Below, one piece after another: positions 33,601 to 45,685 of a DNA stretch of 64,000 bases. The position numbers and the translations under genes are program-made. Every line of letters begins with the position of its first letter. The stretch's first letter is position 1. Source of the stretch: Limnochordia bacterium (GTDB taxonomy: Bacteria; Bacillota; Limnochordia; Darwinibacteriales; Darwinibacteriaceae); contig JBMNKP010000005.1 of assembly GCA_050952265.1 (NCBI GenBank), positions 130,974-194,973 of the forward strand. The letters run 5' to 3'. Below the pieces are notes generated by a model that ran no database searches, had not been told where the DNA came from, and saw only the letters and a list, made by a program, of their open reading frames with translations.

Positions 33601-34872
33601 TCATCGATTCCTAACATTTTCAGCGAATGGTGACGAGATGATCAGCTCAATCAGTTCTTGATTCGACTTGGTGTTGACGACCCGGTCCAAGACCAAGTCT
33701 AGGGTTTCAGCGGGGCCGAGAGAACTCATCACCCGGCGCAGCATCCATGCTGCTTCCAATTCTTGGGGCGTCAAGAGCAGGTCCTCGCGCCTGGTGCCTG
33801 AGCGGTAGATGTCAATAGCGGGGAACAGTCTGCGTTCGGCCAGCTTGCGGTCAAGATGCAGCTCCATGTTCCCGGTACCTTTAAACTCTTCGTAGATGAC
33901 ATCGTCCATACGACTGCCTGTTTCAACTAAAGCTGTAGCAATTATGGTCAGACTGCCCTGTTCTTCAAAATTGCGCGCCGCTCCAAAAAACCGCTTTGGC
34001 CGGTGCAGGGCTGCCGGATCCACCCCACCAGAGAGGGTACGCCCGCTGGGCGGGACCACGAGGTTATGCGCTCGAGCCAAACGGGTAATGCTGTCCAGAA
34101 GGATAACAACGTCCTTCCCTGATTCAACCAGGCGCTTGGCTCTGGCCAGCACAATATCGGCCACCCGGACATGATTCTCCGGAGGTAGATCGAATGTTGA
34201 GCTGATCACCTCGCCACTGACAGAACGCTCCATGTCCGTGACTTCCTCGGGACGCTCATCAATCAGCAGAACGATGATTTCTGTGTCGGGGTGATTCTCG
34301 GCGATGGCATTGGCCAGCATCTTAAGAACGGTGGTCTTTCCCGCTTTCGGCGGAGAGACAATCAATCCCCTCTGGCCAAATCCCAATGGGGATAAGATGT
34401 CCATCAGGCGCATGGTGTAATTCGCGGGTTCTGTTTCCAGGTGGAGACGCCGTTTGGGGTAGATGGGAGTTAGGTCGTCAAAACAGGGGCGTCTAGCGGC
34501 CAGCTCGGGGTCGGAGAGGTTGATGGCCAACACTTTCAGCAGGGCAAAATACCGTTCGCCTTCTTTGGGCGGGCGCACCTGCCCCAAGATTTCATCCCCC
34601 GTGCGCATGGCAAAGCGCCTGATCTGAGAAGGAGAGACGTAGACATCATCGGCCCCCGGTGTGTAGTTATCCACCCTCAGGAAACCGTATCCTTCGTTAG
34701 TTATCTCCAGGATCCCGCTGATGAACAGCAGGCCTTCCTTTGTCGTCTCGTGCTTTAGGATCGCGATGATCAGATCTTTCTTGCGCAGCCGCTTAAACCC
34801 GGTGAGGCCTAGTTCCTTTGCCAGTTCCTGAAGCTCGGCAAAGGTTTTTGATTCCAGCTCTGCTATGTTCAA
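33601..34872 (-). CDS. rho: transcription termination factor Rho
   Basis: 423 aa with an N-terminal RNA-binding domain and a RecA-like ATPase ([12 protein letters not shown]). TTG start with SD aaaaggtgg. Confidence 0.95.
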   Translation of the reverse strand: MNIAELESKTFAELQELAKELGLTGFKRLRKKDLIIAILKHETTKEGLLFISGILEITNEGYGFLRVDNYTPGADDVYVSPSQIRRFAMRTGDEILGQVRPPKEGERYFALLKVLAINLSDPELAARRPCFDDLTPIYPKRRLHLETEPANYTMRLMDILSPLGFGQRGLIVSPPKAGKTTVLKMLANAIAENHPDTEIIVLLIDERPEEVTDMERSVSGEVISSTFDLPPENHVRVADIVLARAKRLVESGKDVVILLDSITRLARAHNLVVPPSGRTLSGGVDPAALHRPKRFFGAARNFEEQGSLTIIATALVETGSRMDDVIYEEFKGTGNMELHLDRKLAERRLFPAIDIYRSGTRREDLLLTPQELEAAWMLRRVMSSLGPAETLDLVLDRVVNTKSNQELIELIISSPFAENVRNR

Positions 34873-34892
34873 ACGTTCACCACCTTTTGTGC

Positions 34893-34922
34893 AGGGGAAA
34901 AGGGCTCCCCGGCCGGGCCCTT
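34893..34922 (-). terminator. fba terminator (GC hairpin plus T-run) immediately upstream of rho
   Basis: Minus strand: GGGCCCGGCCGGGGAGCCC followed by TTTTCCCC. Confidence 0.6.
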
Positions 34923-35772
34923 AGGCACGGCCGGCACACCCGAAGAGTCTCATCTTGGCCTTGACAACCTGCTTCATCTCTTCGCGGGCTGGGCCAAGAA
35001 GCTTGCGCGGATCATACTCCTTGGGGTTGTTGAGCACCACTTGCTGCACACCTTTGGTGAAGGCCTGACGCAGTTCTGTGTCGATGTTGATCTTGCAGAT
35101 GCCCAGGGGAACGGCCTTGCGGATTGCATCCTCAGGCACCCCGGAAGCGCCGTGCAGAACCAGGGGAATATCAACGGCGTTCCTGATCTTCTCCAGGCGG
35201 GCAAAGTCCAATTTCGGCTCGCCTTTGTACACGCCATGTGCGGTGCCGATGGCGATGGCCAGGGCATCAACCTTGGTCCGTTCCACAAACTCAGCGGCCT
35301 CCTGCGGGTCAGTGAACGCGGCTTCAGCGTCGCTCACGGTAATATCGTCTTCCGTACCGCCGATCTTACCCAGCTCGGCCTCTACAGACACCCCGCAGGG
35401 ATGGGCAATCTCGATAACCTTCTGTGTGATCGCGATGTTCTCTTCGAAGGGATACTTGGAACCATCGATCATCACTGCCGTAAAGCCGTGGCGGATGCAC
35501 TGCACCACCTGCGTGAAACTGGTGCCGTGATCAAGGTTCAAAGCCACGGGAACTTTCGCTTTTTCGGCTGCAGTCCTAGCCAGTGCCACTATGTACTCAA
35601 TACCAGCGTATTTGATGGCGCCTTGGCTGGCCTGCAGAAAGACCGGAGACTTCTCTTCTTCTGCCGCTTCGAGGATGGCCTGAACGATCTCCATATTGTT
35701 GACGTTGAACGCACCAACCGCATAACCGCCCTGCTTCGCCGCTTGAAACAGTTCCTTGCCCGATACTAACAC
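34921..35772 (-). CDS. fba: class II fructose-bisphosphate aldolase
   Basis: 283 aa. GTG start at 35772 after SD aaggagg, giving MLVSGKELFQAAKQGGYAVGAFNVNN. Confidence 0.9.
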   Translation of the reverse strand: MLVSGKELFQAAKQGGYAVGAFNVNNMEIVQAILEAAEEEKSPVFLQASQGAIKYAGIEYIVALARTAAEKAKVPVALNLDHGTSFTQVVQCIRHGFTAVMIDGSKYPFEENIAITQKVIEIAHPCGVSVEAELGKIGGTEDDITVSDAEAAFTDPQEAAEFVERTKVDALAIAIGTAHGVYKGEPKLDFARLEKIRNAVDIPLVLHGASGVPEDAIRKAVPLGICKINIDTELRQAFTKGVQQVVLNNPKEYDPRKLLGPAREEMKQVVKAKMRLFGCAGRA

Positions 35773-36045
35773 TTGAACAGCCTCCTTGTATGTCAGATCT
35801 CCAACGACAGCTGCCGCAAGCCGGCAGCTGGGTGATACCAACGAAGAAACTGATGGTGAACCTCCGAGGGGAATAGCCTGTGCAGTCCGAAACCTGATGT
35901 CCAGCTTGAGGTGGGTAAAGAGTCAGGAGAAAGCGCAGGAAAGCAAAAGCCCGTTGGGGAACGCTCATCTTCCCCTGGGATAGACCCAACTATCGCGGAT
36001 TATACTTCGGCACTCCGTGGAGTTTTCCTCTGATTTCCTTGAGAT

Positions 36046-36432
36046 TCATTTAGGATTGCCAAAGATATCATAGGCTACTAACAAACCGTCTTCTTCCTGG
36101 ACATAGTAGTTGACCAAGATCATGCTGACCAGGCCTTGAGGGTTCACCCAGCAGAGAACGTCTTGATAAGCTTCAGGACCGACAGGGCGCATCGATCCGA
36201 GCGCGACAGGCTGTCCTTCCCGGAACACCTGGCAGTCCTCGGCAATGGGCAGCTCGATTTTCTGCCCATCGCAGCTCAAGAGCAGCGTATGCGCTTCCGA
36301 GTCAACTTGCAGCACGTCCCCGTGGACGATTTTCCAGGGCGGTCCCTGAGCCCAAGCGGTACACGGCAGGAACAGTACACACAGCAAAACCGTCAGTTTT
36401 CGGCATAGTCTTGGCAAGAACATGGCGCACAC
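36046..36432 (-). CDS. hypothetical secreted protein
   Basis: 128 aa with a signal peptide (LLCVLFLPCTAWAQG). Confidence 0.45.
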   Translation of the reverse strand: MCAMFLPRLCRKLTVLLCVLFLPCTAWAQGPPWKIVHGDVLQVDSEAHTLLLSCDGQKIELPIAEDCQVFREGQPVALGSMRPVGPEAYQDVLCWVNPQGLVSMILVNYYVQEEDGLLVAYDIFGNPK

Positions 36433-36488
36433 CCTTTCTAGCCAAGAGTATGCGCCTCTGCGTTCTGCCTATGCAAACTTGCTCCGGA

Positions 36489-36956
36489 TCAGTTCTCCCC
36501 CCTGAAGTCATCTGGCGACAGGTTCTCCAAAAACGAACGGAACTCCTCCAGTTCAGGGTCGTCTTCCTTGGGCACTGTGATGGCGTGCGGGATGATCTTT
36601 TCATCCACAAAGATGGACGCACCTGCCCGCAGGGCCAGGGCGATGGCATCGGACGGCCTCGCATCTACCCGCACCGTCCTCCCCCCCTGCAGGAAGTGGA
36701 CCTCAGCGTAATATACATCATCACTCAGGTCAGTGATAACTACCTTGTCAACCTTGGCTCCCAAAGCCAGAGCTGAGCTGAGCAGCAGATCGTGGGTCAG
36801 GGGCCTCGGTACCTCAACGTTTTCCAGGACGACAGCGATGGCATTTGCTTCAGCAGGACCGATCAGCAGCGGCACGTAGGACTCCTCTCCCTCATCGGTC
36901 AAAATGACCACGGGGAAGAGACTCTCGCGATCTATACCCACTGCCTTCACTTTCAT
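36489..36956 (-). CDS. bifunctional nuclease (BFN/DUF151) family protein
   Basis: About 155 aa: MKVKAVGIDRESLFPVVILTDEGE... Confidence 0.65.
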   Translation of the reverse strand: MKVKAVGIDRESLFPVVILTDEGEESYVPLLIGPAEANAIAVVLENVEVPRPLTHDLLLSSALALGAKVDKVVITDLSDDVYYAEVHFLQGGRTVRVDARPSDAIALALRAGASIFVDEKIIPHAITVPKEDDPELEEFRSFLENLSPDDFRGEN

Positions 36957-36979
36957 TCGAAGCATAAGCACACCTCCAG

Positions 36980-39306
<2,327 letters not shown>

Positions 39307-39318
39307 AAGTCACCATCC

Positions 39319-40995
39319 TCACATCTGCTCGGGGGCAGAGACGCCCAGCAGGCCAAGTACTTTCCTGAGCACAGTCCGGATGTTGGACACCAGGACCAAG
39401 CGGGCATCCCTCAGCGGGGCCTCTTCACCCAGGATGTGGCAGTAACCGTAGAAGGAATGGAACAGGCCGGCCAGGTCCAGCGCGTAGCGGGTGAGCCTGT
39501 GCGGTTCCCGCAGGAGTGCCGCGCTCAGCAGCTCCTCTGGCAGTGCCGCGAGCTGCTTGAGCAGATCCAGTTCGGATTCGTGCTGAAGCAGGCTCAAGTC
39601 TACCTCACTGCAGGTTGGTATTGCAATGCCCATTTCCCCAGCCTGCCGCAGAACGCTCGAGATGCGGGCATGGGCGTACTGCACGTAGAAAACCGGATTC
39701 TCACTGGACTGTTCCACCGCAAGGGTCATATCGAAATCCAGATGGCTCTCGGGGCTGCGGTGCAGGAAGAAGAAGCGGGCTGCGTCCTTGCCGACCTCCT
39801 CCACAAGGTCCTGCATGGTGATGAACTCCCCAGCGCGCTTGGACATCTTCACGGGCTGGCCGTCCCGCAGCAGGGCAACGTACTGCAGAATGAGCACTTC
39901 CAGGGTGTCTTCGCTGTACCCCAGCGCCTGGATGGCTGCCTTCATGCGGGCGATGTATCCGTGATGGTCGGGTCCCCAGATGTTGATCAGCTTTTCGAAG
40001 CCCCGTTCAAGCTTATTATAATGGTAGGCGATATCCGCGGTGACGTAGGTGTAGGTGCCATCGCTCTTGACGATGACCCGATCCTTGTCGTCGCCGAAGG
40101 CGGTAGACCTAAACCAGAGGGCTCCTTCCTGCTCGTAGACGAGGCCTTTTTGGCGGAGAAGGTCGATGGCTGCCTCAAGGGCACCCGCAGCATGCAGGTC
40201 GCGCTCGCGGAACCAGAGGTCAAACTCTACACCGTAAGCCTTGAGATCCGCCTTCTGCAGCTCCACCATGCTGTCGGTTCCCCACCGCTTGCAGAAGGCG
40301 ATGCGCTCGTCATAGGGAAGGTCCAGGAGATCCGGACGTTCCTCACGCAGGACCCGAGCCAATTCGGTAACGTAGGCACCTGGGTAGCCATCTTCAGGGA
40401 AGGGATGGTCCGGGTTGATCAGCTGCTGATAGCGGGCTTCCAGTGAACGGGCAAAGACATCAGCCTGGTTGCCAGCGTCGTTGACGTAGAACTCTGTATC
40501 CACCTGATAGCCAACAGCCCTGAGCAGGCGGGCCAGGGTGTCACCCACGGCAGCTGCCCGGGCGTTGACCACGTTCATCGGGCCCACCGGATTGGCACTG
40601 ACAAACTCCAAAAGCACCTTCTCTCCTGCGCCATGCAGGCAGTTGCCGTAGGCCTCTCCCTGCATCTCAACGGTACGCAGGGTATCATAGAGCCATTCGT
40701 TACTCAGGAAGAAATTGATGAAGCCCGGGCCAGCTACCTCCACTTCCCGGATAATTCCTCCCTGAGGCAGGTGCTCTAATATGATCTGAGCAACTTCGCG
40801 GGGCGGTTTGCGCGCGGAACGGGCCATGACTAAAGCTATGTTGGAGGCGAAATCTCCGTGCCCTTTATCCCTGGGGATTTCCAGGCCGATTTCCGGCACG
40901 GACTCCACCTGGAGCTTACCGCTTGAGATGGCCGCACTAACAGCCGTCTCGAGAGCGGAGATCAGCTCCTGCTTCTGTCTCTGCAAAACACTCAT
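39319..40995 (-). CDS. argS: arginyl-tRNA synthetase
   Basis: 558 aa, class I (HIGH-like and KMSK region). Confidence 0.95.
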   Translation of the reverse strand: MSVLQRQKQELISALETAVSAAISSGKLQVESVPEIGLEIPRDKGHGDFASNIALVMARSARKPPREVAQIILEHLPQGGIIREVEVAGPGFINFFLSNEWLYDTLRTVEMQGEAYGNCLHGAGEKVLLEFVSANPVGPMNVVNARAAAVGDTLARLLRAVGYQVDTEFYVNDAGNQADVFARSLEARYQQLINPDHPFPEDGYPGAYVTELARVLREERPDLLDLPYDERIAFCKRWGTDSMVELQKADLKAYGVEFDLWFRERDLHAAGALEAAIDLLRQKGLVYEQEGALWFRSTAFGDDKDRVIVKSDGTYTYVTADIAYHYNKLERGFEKLINIWGPDHHGYIARMKAAIQALGYSEDTLEVLILQYVALLRDGQPVKMSKRAGEFITMQDLVEEVGKDAARFFFLHRSPESHLDFDMTLAVEQSSENPVFYVQYAHARISSVLRQAGEMGIAIPTCSEVDLSLLQHESELDLLKQLAALPEELLSAALLREPHRLTRYALDLAGLFHSFYGYCHILGEEAPLRDARLVLVSNIRTVLRKVLGLLGVSAPEQM

Positions 40996-41153
40996 CTCGG
41001 CGTCCTCCCTAACTAAAGAAACTCCCCCATAGGAATTCCTATAGGGGAAAAAACCGGCTGTGCAGAAGCCGCACTGCCATTCTCCGTTAGTATATCACTT
41101 GTCCTCCCGAGAAACAACCTCTTTTTCGCCTGGGCTGCTCCCCGTCGGATCAC

Positions 41154-42824
41154 CTAGAACAGCCCTGTGATCCTGCCTTCCGCGTCAATGTCCACATTCT
41201 CAGCCGCGGGCTTGGCAGGCAGGCCGGGCATGGTCATGATCTCCCCAGCCAAGCAGACTAGGAAACCAGCCCCCAGGGAGGGACGCACATCGGTGATGGT
41301 CAGCTTCCAGCCGGTGGGCCTGCCCTTGAGCTTGGGATTGTCCGACAGGGAATGCTGTGTCTTGGCAACGCAGACGGGCAGATCCCCATAGCCCAGCCTG
41401 GTGAGGTCCCGGATCGAGCTGTCCGCCTTCGGGGCGTAGACCACGCTGTCGGCCCCGTAGATCTCTCTAGCCAGGATCTCCAGCTTCGCTTTGATGGGCA
41501 GCTTCCAGTCGTAAAGCGGCTTGAACTGCGTTGGTTCGCTCTCCAGCACCTCCAGCACTGCCTTGGCCAGCTCCTCGCCGCCGGCACCGCCCTTGGCCAC
41601 CACCTGCGAGATAGCGCTCCGCACACCCAGTTCAGCGCAGTGCTGGCGCACCAGTTCCAGCTCCTCGGGATCGTCGGTGGGGAAGTTGTTGATCGCCACC
41701 ACGATGGGCAGCCCGAACTTGCGCAGGTTCTCCACATGTTTGTCCAGGTTGGCCAGGCCCCTTCGCAGAGCCTCCAGGTTGGTCACGGCCACCTCTTCTT
41801 TGGGCACTCCGCCGTGCATGTTAAGGGCCCGCACCGAAACCACGAGCACTGCCACATCTGGCGTCAGACCGGAGTAGCCGTGGACGATATCGAAGAACTT
41901 CTCGGCACCAAGGTCCGAAGCGAAGCCGCCTTCCGTCACCACATAATCCGCAAGCTTGAGGGCGAGGCGGGTCGCGATGATGCTGTTATTCCCGTGCGCG
42001 ATATTGGCGAAGGGCCCACCGTGGATGAAGGCAGGTTGGCCTTCGAGAGTCTGTACCAGGTTCGGTTTTATGGCATCCTTCATGATCACGGCGATGGCTC
42101 CCTGCGCCTTGAGATCCCGGGCATAGACGGGCTTGCGGTCGTAGGTGTACGCCACCAGCATGCGCCCGACCCGCTCTTTGAGATCCTGCAGATCCTCGGC
42201 GAGGCAGAGTATGGCCATGAGCTCGGAGGCCACGGAAATATCAAAGCCGGCTTCCCGCACATATCCATCACCGATCCCGCCCAGGCCGATAACTATGTTC
42301 CTCAGCTGGCGGTCGTTCATGTCCATGACCCGGCGCAGAACGATGCGCTTTGGGTCGATGTTCAGGGCATTCCCCTGGGCAATGTGGTTGTCCAGCATGG
42401 CAGCGAGCAGGTTATGGGCAGTCGTCACTGCGTGGATATCGCCAGTGAAGTGGAGGTTGATATCCTCCATGGGCACCACCTGCGAATAGCCACCACCGGC
42501 CGCGCCGCCTTTTATCCCGAAAGTCGGGCCGAGGGACGGCTCCCGCAGGCAGGCGGCAACGTTTTTCCCCAGCCTGCCCAAGGCCTGGGTCAGGCCAATG
42601 GTGGTCACGGTCTTGCCTTCTCCAGCAGGAGTAGCAGTGATGGCGGTAGTGTAGATGAGTTTGCCGTTAGGGCGATCCTGCACTCTCCCGTAGACCTTAG
42701 TGTCCACCTTGGCCTTGTACTTCCCGTAGTGCTCCAGATCATCTTCTGTTAAACCCAGTTTGGCAGCTATTTCCGAAATCGGGCGCAGCTTGGCCTGCTG
42801 GGCAATCTGAATATCACTAAGCAT
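41154..42824 (-). CDS. fhs: formate--tetrahydrofolate ligase
   Basis: 556 aa, full-length FTHFS. Confidence 0.95.
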   Translation of the reverse strand: MLSDIQIAQQAKLRPISEIAAKLGLTEDDLEHYGKYKAKVDTKVYGRVQDRPNGKLIYTTAITATPAGEGKTVTTIGLTQALGRLGKNVAACLREPSLGPTFGIKGGAAGGGYSQVVPMEDINLHFTGDIHAVTTAHNLLAAMLDNHIAQGNALNIDPKRIVLRRVMDMNDRQLRNIVIGLGGIGDGYVREAGFDISVASELMAILCLAEDLQDLKERVGRMLVAYTYDRKPVYARDLKAQGAIAVIMKDAIKPNLVQTLEGQPAFIHGGPFANIAHGNNSIIATRLALKLADYVVTEGGFASDLGAEKFFDIVHGYSGLTPDVAVLVVSVRALNMHGGVPKEEVAVTNLEALRRGLANLDKHVENLRKFGLPIVVAINNFPTDDPEELELVRQHCAELGVRSAISQVVAKGGAGGEELAKAVLEVLESEPTQFKPLYDWKLPIKAKLEILAREIYGADSVVYAPKADSSIRDLTRLGYGDLPVCVAKTQHSLSDNPKLKGRPTGWKLTITDVRPSLGAGFLVCLAGEIMTMPGLPAKPAAENVDIDAEGRITGLF

Positions 42825-42849
42825 TTGTCTCCCTCCTCGACTTTGGTAA

Positions 42850-44211
42850 CTAAACCGAGTGCAAGCCGCATCCCAGTGCGCTGAGAACGGCTTCCTTAAT
42901 CGACTCGGATACCGTGGGATGGGGATAGACCACCTCGGCCCACTTCTCCAGGGTCAGCCCCTGCTCGAGGGCGAGCGCTGCCCCGGAGATGAGCTCTGTG
43001 GCCTGCGGTCCAATGATATGTACACCGAGCACCCTGCCGTCAGGCGCGGCCACGACCTTGACAAAGCCGGAGTTCTCCCTGGCGATCATGGCCCGGCCGT
43101 TACCCTTGAGCGAAAACTTAGCGGAAATCACCTGGCCATGCCGTTCCCTTGCTTCTGCTTCCGTCAGGCCCACCGAAGCGATTTCCGGCTTGGTGTATAC
43201 ACACGCGGGGACAAACCACTCGCGGCGCGCCGGCAGGCCGAACATGTTGTTCACAGCCGCCCAGCCTTCCTCAAAGGCAAGGTGGGCCAGCTGCACTCCA
43301 CCGATGATATCACCCGCTGCATACACGTTCGGCACGGAGGTCTGGAAAGCCTCGTTAACCCTAACGCAGCCCTTGGCGTCCAGCTCACCAGTGAAACCAG
43401 CGGGCAGCACCGGCCTGCGGCCTACAGCGACCAGGACCAAGTCCGCCTCAAGCTGAGACATGTTCCCGTTCTGCTCCAGGGATACCTGGGCACGATCACC
43501 GCGTTCGATGCCGACTACCTTCGCCCCGGTGAACACCTTGACTTTTCTCTTCTTAAACTCGCGGGCCAAGGCCTGGCTGATCTCCCCATCTTCCATGGGG
43601 AGCAGGCGGGGCATGAGCTCGACGATGGTCACCTGAACTCCGTACTCGGAAAAGATGGTGGCAAATTCGCAGCCGATCACCCCACCGCCGATGATCACCA
43701 GGGACTCGGGGAGCGCGGTACGCGCGAGCAGCTGGTCACTGTTCACAACCAGCTCGCCATCGACCTCCAGACCCCTAAGCTGCAGGGGCTCGGTTCCAGT
43801 AGCTACGAGCACATTGGCCGGTTGGAACATTTCAGCGCCCACCTGCACTTCGCCTGATGACAGAAAGCGGGCTTCGGCCTCCAGCACCGTGATCTGCCGC
43901 TTCCTCAAAAGAAACTGCAGGCCGCCCACGAGGTTCTCAACGATCTGGTCCTTGCTGCGCACCACCTGGCCATAGTCCAGACTCTTGACGTCAACCTCGA
44001 CGCCGTGCACAGCGGCCGAGCTAAGGCCGGCATAGAAATGGGCGCTTTCCAACAGGGCTTTGGTGGGGATACAGCCGCGGTTCAGGCAGGTCCCTCCCAG
44101 CCTCTCCCGCTCGGCCACGACCACGGTCTTGCCCAGCTGGCTGGCGCGGATGGCTGCGGAGTAGCCCGCCGGTCCCCCGCCGATGACTAGTAAATCGATC
44201 TGCTGGGTCAA
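42850..44211 (-). CDS. lpd: dihydrolipoyl dehydrogenase
   Basis: 453 aa: FAD (GGGPAGY), redox disulfide GGTCLNRGCIPTK, and NAD and dimerization domains. Confidence 0.9.
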   Translation of the reverse strand: MTQQIDLLVIGGGPAGYSAAIRASQLGKTVVVAERERLGGTCLNRGCIPTKALLESAHFYAGLSSAAVHGVEVDVKSLDYGQVVRSKDQIVENLVGGLQFLLRKRQITVLEAEARFLSSGEVQVGAEMFQPANVLVATGTEPLQLRGLEVDGELVVNSDQLLARTALPESLVIIGGGVIGCEFATIFSEYGVQVTIVELMPRLLPMEDGEISQALAREFKKRKVKVFTGAKVVGIERGDRAQVSLEQNGNMSQLEADLVLVAVGRRPVLPAGFTGELDAKGCVRVNEAFQTSVPNVYAAGDIIGGVQLAHLAFEEGWAAVNNMFGLPARREWFVPACVYTKPEIASVGLTEAEARERHGQVISAKFSLKGNGRAMIARENSGFVKVVAAPDGRVLGVHIIGPQATELISGAALALEQGLTLEKWAEVVYPHPTVSESIKEAVLSALGCGLHSV

Positions 44212-44227
44212 TCTACCGCCTCCTCAC

Positions 44228-44878
44228 CTAGTTCGCGTTTTTCGGAACGTAATAGGCCAAACGCTGGAGCTCAAGCGATAGATCAACCGTCGCTACCTGG
44301 ACTGTTTCGGGAGTGATCAGCTTGACCGGCGCGTAGTTGAGGATACAGCGCACTCCAGCGCGAACAAAGCGGTTGGCCACGTCCTGAGCTGCGTCGGCAG
44401 GCACGGCTAGGATAACGACCTTGATCTGCTGTTCGGCCACTTTCTGCGGGACCTCTTCCAGCGATGAGATGGTGATCCCTTCCACTTCCCTGCCGACCTT
44501 AGCGGGATCGCTGTCAAACAGGGCAACCAGGCGGAGGTTGAAGCTGTCGGTATCGGCATAGCGCTTGAGGTGGTAGCGTGCCAAGGCTTCACCCAAACTG
44601 CCCACACCAACTAACGCCACCGCCATCTCTTGTTCCAGGTTGAGAATTTTGCGAAGCTCATTGCGGAGAAAACCCACCTCGTAGCCAACGCCCTGCTTCC
44701 CAAACTCACCAAACCATGCCAAGTCTTTGCGCACCAGAGCCGGGCCAACACCGGCCTTAATGCCCAATTCCTGAGAAGAGATTAGGGCGCCTTCGTCTTC
44801 GTTGGCCAGCTCGTCCAGGACGCGGAGATAAAGCGGCAGGCGCCTGATCACTGCATCCGAGATTTTGTTCCAGCGCAT
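44228..44878 (-). CDS. rex: redox-sensing transcriptional repressor Rex
   Basis: Winged-helix N-terminus plus a Rossmann NADH-sensing domain. ATG at 44878 after SD gggagg. Confidence 0.9.
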   Translation of the reverse strand: MRWNKISDAVIRRLPLYLRVLDELANEDEGALISSQELGIKAGVGPALVRKDLAWFGEFGKQGVGYEVGFLRNELRKILNLEQEMAVALVGVGSLGEALARYHLKRYADTDSFNLRLVALFDSDPAKVGREVEGITISSLEEVPQKVAEQQIKVVILAVPADAAQDVANRFVRAGVRCILNYAPVKLITPETVQVATVDLSLELQRLAYYVPKNAN

Positions 44879-44896
44879 GGACACACCTCCCTGATT

Positions 44897-45376
44897 TCAT
44901 TTATGGTATCGTTCATTGTTGAGGATGGTAAACGCCCGGTAGATCTGCTCCAGCAGTATCAGGCGCATGAGCTGGTGGGGAAAAGTGAACTTGGAGAACG
45001 AGAGCACCAAGTCCGCTCGCTTTAGAACCCGCTCATCCAGCCCCAAAGAACCTCCGATCACAAACACCAGCTGGCTGGACCCGGCAAGGGCTGCGCGCTG
45101 GATCTCTTCTGCCAGCTCCTCCGAAGACAGGGCTCGTCCACCCCTGTCCAGCGCCACCAAGAAGCTTCGCGGCTTGATTTCCTTCAGAATGCGCTCACCT
45201 TCGCGCCGCAGAATCTCCTCCACCTCTTTGGCACTCAAGGGCTCGCTGAAGCTCTCTGCCCTCAGCTCCACGATCTCAAGGCGCTCGTAACGCCCCAGGC
45301 GCTTGCTGTATTCTTCGATGCCTTCCACCAGGTACTGCTCTTTCAGCTTTCCCACAGCCAAAACCCTGATCTGCAC
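44897..45376 (-). CDS. rlmH: 23S rRNA (pseudouridine1915-N3)-methyltransferase RlmH
   Basis: 159 aa SPOUT fold. Confidence 0.9.
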   Translation of the reverse strand: MQIRVLAVGKLKEQYLVEGIEEYSKRLGRYERLEIVELRAESFSEPLSAKEVEEILRREGERILKEIKPRSFLVALDRGGRALSSEELAEEIQRAALAGSSQLVFVIGGSLGLDERVLKRADLVLSFSKFTFPHQLMRLILLEQIYRAFTILNNERYHK

Positions 45377-45388
45377 CCATCAACCCCC

Positions 45389-45556
45389 CTAGACAACCAA
45401 GTACTTGGGGGGACGATCACAAAAAGTGCAGCGCGTGGGCGCGGTCCAATCGGTGAGCGATACCTCCTCGATTTCGTAGAGATCGGGAGGCATCTCGTAC
45501 ACCTCAACAAACTCATCGATGGCCTGTTCCAGGTGTTCTGTGCACACTACATACAT
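45389..45556 (-). CDS. CxxH/CxxC mini-protein (BA_5709/DUF1450-like)
   Basis: 55 aa: MYVVCTEHLEQAIDEFVEVYEMPPDLYEIEEVSLTDWTAPTRCTFCDRPPKYLVV. SD aagggag. Below the tool's size cutoff. Confidence 0.55.
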   Translation of the reverse strand: MYVVCTEHLEQAIDEFVEVYEMPPDLYEIEEVSLTDWTAPTRCTFCDRPPKYLVV

Positions 45557-45614
45557 GTTCTGACTCCCTTACCAGAAAGTGCCTAAGCCGTAATAGTATG
45601 ATAACACACAACTA

Positions 45615-45672
45615 GAAAAAAAAGAAGCAGACTGTGCCCAAGTCCGCTTGATCTGAGCGGCACAAGCGCAGC
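45615..45672 (-). terminator. htrA terminator (compound hairpin plus T8)
   Basis: Minus strand: GC-rich nested hairpin followed by TTTTTTTT. Confidence 0.6.
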
Positions 45673-45685
45673 TGCTTTCATGTAG

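Noticed and set aside
40996-41153. Possible T-box leader upstream of argS, and a palindrome CCCCATAGGAATTCCTATAGGGG.
   Set aside because: The leader is only about 150 nt with no T-box motif or antiterminator. The palindrome is best explained as the weak fhs terminator or spacer, and it has no repeat copies suggesting a mobile element.
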